From Oikopleura dioica (Eukaryota > Animalia > Chordata), in the NCBI GenBank assembly GCA_907165135.1, contig OU015567.1:6262001-6326000 (forward strand): 64,000 nucleotides of DNA, given 5' to 3'. The notes beneath the pieces are model-generated. The model was not told the DNA's origin and ran no database searches. It saw only the letters and a list, made by a program, of their open reading frames with translations. The number at the start of each line of letters is the position of its first letter. The first letter of the stretch is position 1. Below are positions 1 to 12,400 of the stretch, piece by piece. A program made the translations under genes and the position numbers.

Positions 1-51
1 TGGTCTTTCTAGCTCAATTTTATCGCACTGTAACCGGGTGAAATTTGTGTA

Positions 52-340
52 ATGAGTAACTACAGGGGACAGATTGCATTTTCTACGAGAGATGTTTACA
101 AAGACAAGGGTCGAGAGGAGGGAGTCAGAAGGAAGAAAATAACCATGGATCCGGAGAAAAGGGCCGGTTCGCCATTCATTTGCGTGCATGAGAAAATCGT
201 GGAGATGGTGAACCTGGGAAAGATCGGAGTTTATCAGGAGCTTGTCAAAGCAATTGCGCGAGAGCAAGAGCGCGCTCAGACACAGGTCTAAATCCAGAGA
301 CAAGGAACTGGCTGAATACAAGCCTGCTAGAAGATCAAAG
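52..340 (+). CDS. Coding-like segment(s), probably a further 5' septin exon; reading frame unresolved
   Basis: 79-aa ORF at 52-291, plus a second frame (RSKSRDKELAEYKPARRS) ending at a GTAAGT donor at 341 that is phase-compatible with exon 517-597. No homology recognised. Confidence 0.3.
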
Positions 341-516
341 TAAGTTCATAAAAATTATTGAAAAACAAAAAATAATTTTTAATAAAAAATTAAAAATCAA
401 TTGCCACTTTTTCATATAAGTGAGTGAGAGGGTGAATAACGAGTAGCCTAATCAGCTAGTCTTTAGTGAGTAAACTCTGGCTTTTGCTTTCTCTTTTATT
501 GACATTAAAATTTAAG

Positions 517-3094
517 TTCACGCAGCAAAAGCCCGTACGAGCTAAATCGAGAGAAGCATATTGCCGATGAAGCTTTGAAAAAGCGCCATTCACTCAAGTA
601 AGTACCGATAATTTAGTCCTCTTTGTCGATCCTTACTCGCCGTGTCAAGTCGTCTTTGTTGGGGTTGGACGCTTTCTTTGAACTTTGATTGATGAATTTT
701 ATTCTTTTTTCTATTTTCTATTCAGATCTCCAACGATCCCGAATCTGAATAGTAGGGAGGGTCGAGGAATGTCCAGAAATGCGACGAGTTTGAATACAAG
801 GACAGTGTTTGATTTTTCCATGAGACCAAAAAGGGTCGACTTCAGAAGATGACTGAAGAAAATGACTTCCAAAGTGACTGTAAAAAAGTGATAAGCGAGC
901 AAATAGAGAGCATAAGAGAGAAAATCGCGGGAATTAAAGTTCCCATTTTGAAAGAGGATGAAAATTTCAACACTGAAAAAAGAGATCAAGAAATCTTCGA
1001 CTTCCCAAAAGACCTGGATCCTGCTGAAGTCAAAGTAACAAAGGTGTGTATCATTGTTATCAGTTAATTTTTGTTGGACAGAACCCAGCGGGAGATACTA
1101 TTTGATGTGGTCGCCGCGGGCAGCGTCAGAAAACCACCCGGTGCTGCCAAATGCATATCTACTAGAATTTTACCCGAATAGTAGTAATACTCTGATTTTA
1201 ATTTATGAAACAATAAACAAGCAATAATGCCAAGAGGAATCGCGAAGGGCTCGATTCTCGGCGAAGAGAAGCCGAAAAAGAATGTTGAGCGCAAGCCAAC
1301 TTTTCTATCCTTCTTCAAGGTATAAACCTAAATAAATAAACAGCCAAATTTTCAAACAGTCATTTTTCTCTATTTAGGAGCCTCCTGTTTCGTACAGGAC
1401 CATTTGCAGACCGGTAATCTGCACGGAAAACAGGTGCAACGAAATATCCTGAACCGATATTCTGACCCTCTTTTTTCAACCTTTTTTACAGATTTTTTCA
1501 AGATTTTTTCAATGATTTTTTTGTCAAGTTGAAGATCAAGTCTCTCAGACTCGCAATTAATTGAATTTTAGGGCGGCGGGTTGGAAATGATTGGCGGTTT
1601 TGTTGGCTTTGCTAATTTGCCGAATCAAGTTCATCGGAAATCTGTGAAGAAGGGTAAATGCCAGATTAATCTTTTAATAAAGCGGCAATAAAACTGCTCC
1701 CAGGCTTCGAGTTCACGATGATGGCGGTGGGCGAAAGTGGACTTGGAAAATCAACGCTCATTAATTCGCTCTTCCTGACGAATCTGTACGAGGAACGAGA
1801 GGTCCCAGAAGGTAAGTGGTCGAAACTGAAGCAACAAATGGAGATTTCAATGGTCAATACGCTTTTGTCAACTTGAAACTTGGAATTTATTAAATTAGAG
1901 TGTTCTGATTTATTAAACACGCTTTTAAGCCGCCATCAAAGCAAAACAGACAGTTTCAATAGAAGCATCGACGGTTGAAATAGAAGAACGCGGTGTTAAG
2001 GTACTCCTAGCCATTAGCCATTTGAGAAGAGTTTTTTGTTCTGACGTCAAATTAATCAAAAAAGACAGAATGACACAAATGATGATTTTTGATAATTTCA
2101 GCTGCGATTGACAGTGGTGGATACTCCCGGTTTCGGAGACGCAATCGATAACAAAAATGCATTTGACCCGATTATAGAATACATCGATAAGCAATTCGAG
2201 GTAAGCCGCTTTCCGTAACGACTTGACAGTTACTGTACCGATCAATCAGAAAGTAGAATTGGAAAAAACTGAATAACGCGAGGAAATACTGACTTTAACC
2301 TTTTCATTAAGAGATACTTACACGATGAGTCTGGACTAAACCGGCGCCATATTGTGGACAATAGGGTTCATTGCTGCTTTTACTTTATCAACCCTTGTGG
2401 ACACGGGTTGCGCCCAATCGACATCGAATTCATGAAAACGCTCCAAACGAGGGTGAACCTTGTTCCACTCATCGCCAAGGCCGATATGCTCACGCCAAAG
2501 GAAATTAAAAAGTTCAAGAAGCGAGTTTTGGAGGAGCTCGGAAAGAATCAAATCCACATTTATCAGGTAGTTGTTTCAAAGATGGATGAGATCTTACGTA
2601 TCCTTAGCTGCCAGACGTGGAAGACGACGAGGACGAAGACTTCAAGCAGCAAACCCAGCAGCTAAAATCAATGATTCCCTTCGCCGTCGTCGGTTCAACT
2701 CAATTGATCGAAGTCAAGGGCAAAAAAGTTCGCGGCCGTCTTTACCCGTGGGGAGTCGTAGAGGTCGAGAATCCAGATCACAACGACTTCACTGGCCTCC
2801 GAACTATGCTCATGTAATTCATGCACTCCCTCAGTGTTAACACTAACCTTCTTATTTAGCTCGCACATGCAGGACCTTCAGGAAGTGACGCACGATCTGC
2901 ACTACGAAAAGTACCGAGCAAGTCGACTTGGCGACGAGCCCGAAGCCCCGATGATGGCTCCCATGGGCTCGCGGCCACCACCCGACGCCGAGAAGGATCG
3001 CATCCTCCACGAAAAGGAGATGGAGCTCCAAAAGATGCAGAAGATGATCGAGCAAATGCAAATGCAGCTGACCATGCAGGAACGCGTTGTTTGA
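517..3094 (+). CDS. Septin, SEPT2 subgroup (SEPT1/2/4/5-like), multi-exon with long N-terminal extension
   Basis: Spliced exons 1572-1653, 1704-1811, 1930-2000, 2102-2200, 2312-2566 and onward read [80 protein letters not shown], then a coiled-coil tail to TGA 3094. Upstream phase-compatible exons lie at 517-597 and 726-1043; the latter needs +1 A at 828-832. Confidence 0.93.
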
Positions 3095-3554
3095 AATCAA
3101 AATAATAGCAATAACAGGTTCAAACTTGCCAAAACTCACGGAATATAAATATTCAAAATGTGAAAAAACAATGCTCAGCAAAAAGCCTCGGCTTCGGCGG
3201 ACAAGAACTCAAAATCTCACAAAGTCTAGTCTTTTTCTTTCACTACCGGTATCGCCTGTCATCTTTTGCCTCCAAATTTCACTAAAACAACCACAGCTCT
3301 TTCAAAATAAACGATTGTTAATCAATTCGCCGGTTCTAATTATGCCTTTCCCGTCAAAAATTGAACAGGTCTAGGCCGTTTCTTTTGACAAAGTCTCTAC
3401 ACGTCCCTGATTACCAACTCTCATCCTTGATATCGATCAGAATTGGTAAATTCAAAATTTGAATATTCGATTTGAATTTATTCTTCGTTTGTCATTTCCA
3501 AAGGGCAGTTTTCCAAAAAGAAGATCAGAATGTATACAACAGTAAATTTGAAAA

Positions 3555-3986
3555 TCAATGGTAGTATGGTGGTTTTCGAATGGTGATGCCGATTTTCTCC
3601 GTGGCCTGGGAAAGATCCTCCATTGTCAGCACGTTCTTGGGCTTGTCCTTGGATTTGCTGCCCGCGTTGCGCATTTCTTTATTGGCTCGGTTGAGGGACA
3701 CCTGGCGCGCGTCGAGCAGAATGTCCGAGATGAACTTAATTGACGGTCAAGTCGATTCAAGTTGGAATAAATACCTTCTGAGCAGCGAGGGAGGCGATTC
3801 GGGCGATTCGCGGATCGTGTTCTGTGTCAAGCCCGGATCTTGTTTGCTCGTGTTTATATTTTTGAGAATTAGGGTTGAGGAATACCTGCTGAGTAGCAAA
3901 TGACTGACGGTATCTGGCAGGACTGGGGTGAACTCATGGACATCGATCAAGAGTTGCTCGATAGGTTGATCAGGATTTACTGGCAT
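3555..3986 (-). CDS. TAF10: TFIID subunit 10
   Basis: Three exons give FTPVLPDTVSHLLLSRSGLDTEHDPRIARIASLAAQKFISDILLDARQ..LTMEDLSQATEKIGITIRKPPYYH, matching the TAF10 histone-fold pattern. Confidence 0.95.
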
Positions 3987-4148
3987 TTCTAGGGCAAAAT
4001 AAGTTGATTCAGGGGGAACTACTGTAATTGAAACTGAATTGATTTCAGAAATCGGCAGAAGAATCAGCAGCTACGAGAATAAATAATCAAGAAAATTAAT
4101 AGAAAATCGCGAGAAAAAAGGTCGAAAACTGTTTACAGTTTCGCAGAG

Positions 4149-5008
4149 TTACAGTCGGAAGTTTCCTCCGCCCGATACAGTGTACGATTCTCCAGTAACG
4201 TACGACGCGCTTAAAAATTCTGTAAATAAACTTATAACAAAGAAGAAACTACCGTTCGTCGTCGGAGAGAAAGGCCACAATGCCACTCATTTCGTCTGGA
4301 ACAGCAAATCGCTTCAGCGCGAATTGCTGCGAAACTTGGTCTTCCATCTCGACGATGGCGCCGGCGAATTTGGTCTTGACGACGCCTGGGCAGACAGTGT
4401 TGACTCTGATGCCCTCATCGGCGAGCTCCATGGCCAGGACTTTTGAAAGCGAAATAAGAGCGGTTTTTGAAACAGAGTAAGCGCCAAGCATGGGCATGGG
4501 CTGATAACCAGCGATGGAGGCGATAGTTGTGATGTTGCTCATTTCGTTTTGGGCGAGATGCGGAACGCATTCTTGAATAAGCTGGAACGCGTTCTTCACG
4601 TTGATCTCGAAGATCTTGTCCCAGGAGGCTTCGGGAGTGTCGAGAATGCTTCCGAAAAATGGATTCACTGCGGCGTTGCTAACAAGAATGTTCAAGCTCT
4701 TGTCTTTTTCCATGACCGTCTCAATCAGCTCATGTCGGTGATCTCTGTTGCCCACGTGACAGACTGAAAATATCAATATTTCGCGCAGAAAGAGAAGAAA
4801 ACGTACCCATTCCATCAACATCCAAATCCATTCCCCGAAGCTCCTCAAGCGCAGAATCGACATTTTCCTGCTTTCTCGACGAGATCCAAACTTTGGCCCC
4901 ATCCTGCGCTAATCGCTTCGCGATAGCGAATCCGATACCATCGGTAGAAGCAGTGACAATCGCAGTTTTGCCGCTCAACGCTTTTGCTACTCGAGAAGTG
5001 AGTCTCAT
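4149..5008 (-). CDS. DHRS4: Short-chain dehydrogenase/reductase, DHRS4-like
   Basis: [21 protein letters not shown] and C-terminal ASYVTGES motifs; two GT-AG introns. Confidence 0.9.
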
Positions 5009-5096
5009 TTTTGTTCTGACAGTCTGAGAACTCAATGATAAGAAAATATGAATCTATTTGTTTATTGAATGAAGTTCAGAATAAATAAATTGAAAT

Positions 5097-5572
5097 TTAT
5101 GCAAGAGGAAAGCCAGTAGCTTGGCTCCATTTCTTCCACTCGACTTCGCCCCAGCTCTCGTTCCACTCTTTCCAGCCGCCTAAAATATCAGTTCTCTTCC
5201 TTGATTTCTGTCGATTACTTCACCTGTGTAATTATAACCATTTTGCGAGTTGAAGAAGGTCTCCCACAAATGAGCAGCGCGATGGGATCTCCTCCCACTC
5301 ATGCAGTAGAAAACAACTTTTTGGTCATCTTTAGGTTTTGGGAAATCAAAGAGCAATTCGAAGTTTTTGTCATTTAGGCCCTCCAAATCTGGGAACTCGC
5401 CAAGGGCGATGTGATTCCAATTAGCGGCTGGAATGGTGCCACCTTTGACCTCGTTGATGTCGCGCACGTCAATGACGACAACATTAGGGTCGACGGAAAG
5501 CTTCACGAATTCCGCCTTGTCGATATTTGTCAACGATCGACGGATTAATGCGGGTCTTACTGCTCTTAGCAT
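5097..5572 (-). CDS. Single-domain rhodanese/thiosulfate sulfurtransferase (TSTD-like) with probable mitochondrial presequence
   Basis: IDVR..E, FYCMSGRRS active-site loop and NYTGGWKEW after one intron; Arg-rich N-terminus MLRAVRPALIRRSL. Confidence 0.85.
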
Positions 5573-5755
5573 GCTCTGAACAAAGACAACAATTATATTT
5601 TTTGTTTTTTAAATAATTTATTAAAATTCTTAAAAGCTTGAACTTTCGGACTCGCGTGCAGCTGGCAATGTAAATGTTTGAGTATCCCGTGAACGGGTGA
5701 AAGCGATTGAAAAATAAAATATTCTAGTTGTTTTAGTGGCAGGAAAGACAGCTTC

Positions 5756-7660
5756 TTAGGGTTCGTCGGAAGGCCGAAATCTTTCTTTTCTGAGCTCTCG
5801 TTTCAAGCTGAAGATTTGTTCTTCGAGAGCGCGCACTGAATCGACATGCTTTGACTTGAGCTGGTTTATTTCTTCTTCGAGAAATTTTTGCTCGTCCAGG
5901 CTGTGCGACAACTCGACTGCTTGCTGCGCAATGATAGCTTCTTTCTGCTTGATGACTTCGTTTTTTTCTTTAATTTCTTCGTTTTTTTCTTTGATTTCTT
6001 CGTTCTGACTCTCGATCACTTCAGTCTTCTGACGATTATCTTCGATGAGATTGTTACGACCAGTGATTCGAACGATTCTGTCGTCGATGAGCGCTCTAAA
6101 ACAAATGTGAGCTAGGCTAAATGATGATTATTTACCTGATCAATTGGGCGTTCAAATCTGCAGACTTCCCAAACGCCTCTGCGGATATTTTGATCAAATT
6201 CGCATTTTTAATTTCATCAGAAAGCGACCCTTCTTTTCCAATCATCCTCTTGGCGTTTTTTACAGAGCATTGGAAAGGTTTAGAAGTCGTATTCGCGGGA
6301 GTAACGGCGGACAATGGCGATCTAGCATCAGGTGTTGACGTTCTGGGTATTTGGGAAAAATTATCTTCGGAGAGAGGTGCCGAAGACTGTGATGGCGTTC
6401 GGATCAAATGAGGCATGCTTGGAGAAAGCAGCTCTCCTTCGGACGATAACTCCATGTTTGAGGGCGGACGACGCAAGTCTAGGCCAGGAAGGGACTCGTC
6501 TTCGCTGATGGGAGTATTGATCTCAAGATGATCATCATTTGCGTCGGAGGAAGTATGCGCCTTCTTAGAGCTACTTCCAACCTGATGTAAGGTCGATGAA
6601 CTTTGTCGCTTTGAGCCAAGAGGAATGAATACTTGAGTGTGAGGAGCTTGAAGGCGACGGGAGGTTCCAGGTTTATTGTTGTTTGGATGATCGAAGTCGA
6701 TGAACTGCTTTGGCAAAGATCCATTCTGGGAGTACGTCGATTCCGTAGAGTAGATTAGGTCGTTCAAGTCTTCTGTGTCACGAGGAATCACTTCGATGTC
6801 TGGAAGTTCGGGATCGACTGGTTCAGTCTTGAAAGCCTCAATTTCCTCGTTCATTTCGCGATGATTTGTATCGCGATGATGATTTGGAGCACGCTTTTCC
6901 AAGCTTTTTCTTGTGAAGAAGTAACTGTCCGGCGGGAAACAATTCGCGAATGAACGAAAGCAAGTCCTCATTTCCTTCACTACTCTTTCACTCGGTTGCG
7001 TTCCGTCACCGAGTGTAAACGTTCCGATACTTTTCAGGTCCTCCTTCATGTTGTGTTTGAAAAGCTTCTTCAAATAAGCCTCCTTTTCTTTGGGCACCTC
7101 AAACTGGAACACACATAGATTCTCTTCGATCGAAAAGCTTTCCGCGTAATTGAAGTTTGAACCATCAATTAGGCTAGTTCTCGTCCGGAGAAAGCTGAGA
7201 AAAGTTTCAAAGTTTAATAACGAGATGATATAAAGTTAACTAAATAAGAGACTTAGAAAATTAAATTTCCACTTCTTTTGAAACCATTCCTATCAATCGC
7301 CCTTGATTTCCAATCGAGGTCGACCTTCAGGAAGAACATATTCTCGAACTCTCCATCGTATTTTCGTACCGGGTAGAAAAGGCTCACTCGACGGCAAGCT
7401 TCGTATGGAATCCACAATTTACTGGGGATTTTTTCAATGGCGTCAGGCAAATATTTTCGAAATCGAGTGGGGATATCGATGTCGAACTGCCTGGGCGCCA
7501 CAGGACTGTGATAGAAGTAGATCCTATTGGAGTCTTCACAATGTCGTACAGCGTTGCCCAGGAAAATCTTCCGAAGCCTGAAGGAGGAGATCGTCGGCTC
7601 TGGCCCAAAGCGTCGATCATAAGACCGCCGATGATGAGACGGTTTTTGATGGTGGTGCAT
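5756..7660 (-). CDS. Uncharacterised protein: ordered N-terminal region, Ser/Pro-rich linker, C-terminal coiled coil (may be two genes)
   Basis: ORFs 7253-7660, 6132-7194 and 5756-~6100. The last two are joined by a GT-AG intron. The first joins in frame only through a GA donor at 7289 (intron 7195-7289). Confidence 0.6.
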
Positions 7661-7831
7661 TGTTGATTCCGAATTACGCCAGTCTGAGAATCCAGAGATT
7701 GAAAACTTCGAAAAATTATTTAAAAGAAGGAAGAAAAATAGATTTCAGTAGAAAAAATAGATCAATAAAAAGAAAGGCTTGGAGGTTGGTGATTTTCGGA
7801 AGATAGAAAAGTTCGGTTTCGCTTGTTTGAG

Positions 7832-9180
7832 CTAAGTTGCGTGTTCCCAGGTGTTGCCCTGGAGACTTTTGACATCGTTGGCCATCTCGAAGTCGGTGCT
7901 GGCTCCGACGTTGAGTGTTGAAAAGTCTAGTGTAGGCATGGATCTAGAATGAGAGTAAGAATGAGCGCTGAAAATTGCTCGTACTTGTTTCCATATCCTG
8001 GTGCTCCCATGCCGGTTTTGATCTGATTCGTCAAGCTCAACTGATGCGGCGTAAGTGGCGCGTCTCGAATGCTTCGGGAAGAATTCAGCGCCATCGCGAA
8101 CTGATTGATCGTCGCCGAGTTCATTTCGTAAGCAGCTGTATCGGTAGGCGGCTAGAAGAAAGAATTTAATTGAGAAAACCAGTGAAAAACTAAACCTTGA
8201 CTTGAATAGATCTTGATTGAGAACGAGACCTGGGCGCGGCCGATTGTGGCCTCGTGTATCGACTTCCCGTCGCAGTATTCGGCCGGCTTATGGTCACAGA
8301 TTTCTTTTGCGTCTTGGTACCGGTCTTTTTGAAATTCGAGTTGTCCAACACATTGTTACGGTGAATTTCAGTCGGATGAGGTGCATTTGAGCGCCATGGT
8401 GGAGGCTCCCAGACCTAAAAAGGACAGTGGTAAAGTTACTTTAGTTATTTTCAAACTTTTACCTTTGCTGGGGGCTTTTGCTTCTTGGGTTTCTTTGTCT
8501 CTCTCGCAGATTTGACCGGATCGGGGATGATCTCTCTTGGAACTGGCTTAACTGCTTGTTCAGTTACTTTCAAAATGTAGAAATGCTTCCAAGCGCCGTG
8601 CTCGAACTGGCTAAAATGAAGTGAATAAATAGCAGCGTTGGTGGATCTAGAAACGCGCGCATCTCCATCTCGAGAAGATCGCTCTTTTCTACGGTAGAAG
8701 CAGCTCACCTTGGCTTGTAGGGCGGGTACCAGCCGAAGCGCAAGCATTTTGGCCTCCAAAGTTCATCCGACTCACTCAGAAACTTCCAGTACCACGAAAC
8801 CTGAGCACATCGCGAAAGCGACCTCGGATCAAGGAACTTCAAGATGTGCAGCGATATCTTGCGAGGCAGCTGCCGAGAGAAATCAATTCTGTCCGTCGGA
8901 AAACGCTCGTCAAGCTTGTCTTGAAGGAGACGAATCTGCTTGTTTGTACAGACTCCTAATAGATTTCCCATAACTTCCGCCCTGAATCGGTTTTTTACGA
9001 AATTGAAATCAACAAGGAGGATTCCTGCCTTTGCTGGCCGTTCCATTTGCTCCACCACTTGGTGACTAAGTCCCTTCTTTCATGAAACATCTGCTCCTTA
9101 GCTTCCCCGTTCGACTGTGGCGTCCAAGTGGACATTTTAATCCCCACAGATTTCGACGTCCCATTCGGCCCAAACGACAT
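7832..9180 (-). CDS. FBXO16: F-box only protein 16
   Basis: KMSTWTP, WWSKWNGQQR, F-box LPRKISLHILKFLDPRSLSRCAQVSWYWK, WKHFYI and PPWRS motifs; one GC-AG intron at 8982-9028. Confidence 0.9.
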
Positions 9181-9445
9181 TTTCTGATAAAAAAATACAC
9201 ATGAAAGCTTGTTTTTGTATATATTTTTAGCGATATTTTCTGTTCGATTTCATTGGGATCAGAATTCATTCAAATTTTGCAGAGTGAAATATTATTCTTT
9301 CGAGCGATATTATCATGAAATAGCTTTAAAACACAACTTGAGTGTGTATTTTTAGAAAGGGCAGTAAAGAAGGAAAATCAGCTCGGAGCATTTTTTTGCA
9401 ATAAATAGCTCGACGAGACTGCAGATGGGGAACGAAATATTAAAA

Positions 9446-12400
9446 TTATTTCTTTTCTTCTTCATCCTCTGGAGAGTAGGCCGGACTAGCGGGGCTATAA
9501 GCCGGGCTAGATGGACTGAAAAGAATGGTAAATATTTGATGGTCGGCAGCTAAAAGTTTACCTGTACGCGGGAGAAGTCGGGCTATAACTTGGACTAGCA
9601 GGAGAATAGTTACTAGGTGAAGTAGGGGAGTAGCCGGATGGCGAAGCAGGGCTTTTGAAAATAGTAAGAAAGAGAGCTTAAAATTTTTGAAAACCTGTAT
9701 TGCGGACTGCTTGGTGAGTAATTAGGTGATGTTGGCGAGTAACTGGGACTGGCCGGTGAATAGGCGGGGCTTGAAGGACTGAATAGAAATTGATAGGAAG
9801 AAAAATTATGTAATTACGAACCTGTAATTGGGACTAGAGGGGGAGTAGGTTGGCGAAGTCGGTGAGTAAGCCTTCGATCCAGGAGTTCCTCCATCGCCGG
9901 GAGTGTATTTTGGTGAAGCGGGTGAATATGATGGCGAGGAGGGGCTGAAAAAGATAGAATACAGATAGACAAGGATGGCAGTGATACCTGTAGGTCGGGC
10001 TGTACTTGGGACTCGACGGGGTGTATGCTGGTGAAGAGGGGGAATACGAAGGCGATGTGGGGCTAAAAATTGGTAGGAAAGTACAAAATAGGGATAATCT
10101 AACCTGTAACTTGGTGACGTAGGGCTGTAATTCGGACTTGTCGGTGAGTAAGAGGGACTTGTCGGCGAATACGACGGCGATGTTGGCGAGTAGCTCGGCG
10201 AAGTTGGACTAGGGAAACGATTAAAGACGAGTTCTGAGATTGAAGTTTTACCTGTAGCTCGGGCTCGTGGGAGAGTAGCTCGGCGACGTCGGGCTATAAG
10301 ATGGCGATGTTGGCGAATAGCTCGGTGAGGTCGGCGAGTAACTGGGCGAAGTCGGAGAATAACTTGGCGAAGTCGGACTGTACGACGGACTGGTGGGACT
10401 GTAGCTCGGAGAAGTCGGACTATAGCTTGGTGAAGTGGGGCTATAGCTTGGCGATGTTGGTGAATAACTTGGAGACGTCGGGCTGTAAGATGGACTGGTT
10501 GGGCTGTAACTCGGAGATGTAGGCGAGTAGCTCGGTGATGTCGGCGAATAACCTGGCCCATCCGGTGAGTAGTTCGGCGAATATCCAGGAGACGCGCCAG
10601 CAGGACTCTGAGGCTGGTAATGCGGACTCTGTGGAATATCTCCGTGCCCGGGAGAGGGCATGAATGGTGATCGAGGCGACATCGCGCCAGGAGAAGCTCC
10701 GGGATAGTTGGGAGTGTAACCGGGCGAGAAGCTGACGTCTTCGCTCTGCGCGGGCGAGAACATACCACCAGGAGTAGCACCACCACGGGGAGTGTACGGC
10801 GTCCATCCAACACCAGAAGGCGTCGCACTTCCATCTGCCCACGGCATCGAAGGAGTAAACGAGCCGGAAGGAGACATTGCTCCGCCAAACATACCGCCCA
10901 TGAAGTTGCCACCGCCATTGCCAGGAACTTCCATCGCATCTTTACATTTTTCAACGTCGAGGACAAGCTGGAAGCAACCAGTTCCACCAGGAATTTGCTG
11001 CCCGAGCATGATGTTTTCAGAAACACCAGTAAGTGGGTCTACTTCTGCAGCAGCCGCAGCAGTCATTAAAATATCGACAGTTTCTTCAAAAGAGCATCGC
11101 ATGAGAGCACCAACGTCTTGTCGATTAACACCGTGTCGAGTAATAGCCATCAAGTGACCGCGCGAGGTCATGACATCGCACAACATAGACATGTGTCTGT
11201 AGTTGACATAAGAACCATCGAAAGAGATGACGTTCGTGATTTCTCGCTCGAGACATTTTCGGACAGCTTCAACACCAAGAATTTCGAAGCACTCGCAAAT
11301 ATCGTTAGAGCTCGTTCTAACAGTATCAATATCTCGCTGAGACAAAACTTTCATTAGCGCCGTTCCGTCAGTTTCAAGGATCCAGTCTTGCTGAGAAGCG
11401 AACTCGCCCTCTTTGTTGATGAAGATTTTCTTTTTCTCTTCTTCCTTTGGCAAGTTCATGTATACACGAGAAATGGATTCAATGCCCTGAAGAGTCATGT
11501 CGGACAAGATATTCGCCTCGATGTATCTCAAGAAGGTGTCGTCTTCCATCTTGTCTGCAGCTTCATCTTCGTCTTCAGCATCTTTTTGCTCGTTGTTCAT
11601 TATTCTGACTCGCAAGACCAGCTAAAAGTACGAATTTAACACTTATCTCGAGAAAGAAACTTTACCTTATCGGCGTTATCATCGTTGAAAATACAGTTGA
11701 GATCATCGCCAAATCCATGGTTGATCTTCTCTGAGATCTGTTCCATTGTCAACTTTTTGTCTGTCATCTTCTTGCGATCGAGCTCAATTCGAAGGAGCCA
11801 GGGAGAAATTCTACTGACATCGAAGTCGGGCATTTCGTAGTAAACTGAGACGAAATCCTGATCTTCTTCAATGACGGAGTTCATCGGATGCGGATCGTAG
11901 AAAATGGCCGTGTTCGCAGTGACGGTTTTCATTGTCGTGTGTTCAAGTCGGCAAAGGACATCTTTGCACATTTCCGCGTCACGCGCATGCTCGCCGAGGA
12001 GGAAGATGGTGACTGAAGGCGTCTTTGGCTTCTTGGTGATGTTGATCAACTCGTTGAGACGAGGGACACCAAGGGTGACGTTCTTCGCGGACACACCAGC
12101 ATAATGGAAAGTGTTCAAGGTCATCTGAGTGGCCGGTTCTCCCAAACTCTGGGCAGCAAGAGCACCAATCATTTCTCCTGGATGCGTGATGGCAGCGTTG
12201 AATTTTGACTCGATTTCACCAATGATGTAGTCGAATGCTTGTGAATTCAGGTAATACTCTTCAATGACACGCTTGGAGCACATGGTCGAGCGCATGTGAA
12301 TGTTGAACAACATAGTAGCGTTGTTCTGAGCTTCGATTGAGAGTGGATCAGTTCCGGACACTACGATAAGACGCTTTGTGAGCTCTTGGACATCCTCGAC

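Noticed and set aside
10252-10550. 21-nt periodic repeat and hairpin arrays as possible CRISPR
   Set aside because: The repeats are coding heptads without unique spacers; no cas genes; eukaryotic context.
9806-11026. 406-aa ORF overlapping the RPB1 C-terminus
   Set aside because: Alternative-frame shadow of the GC-rich repeat-coding region; it re-enters the real CTD frame after a 43-nt intron.
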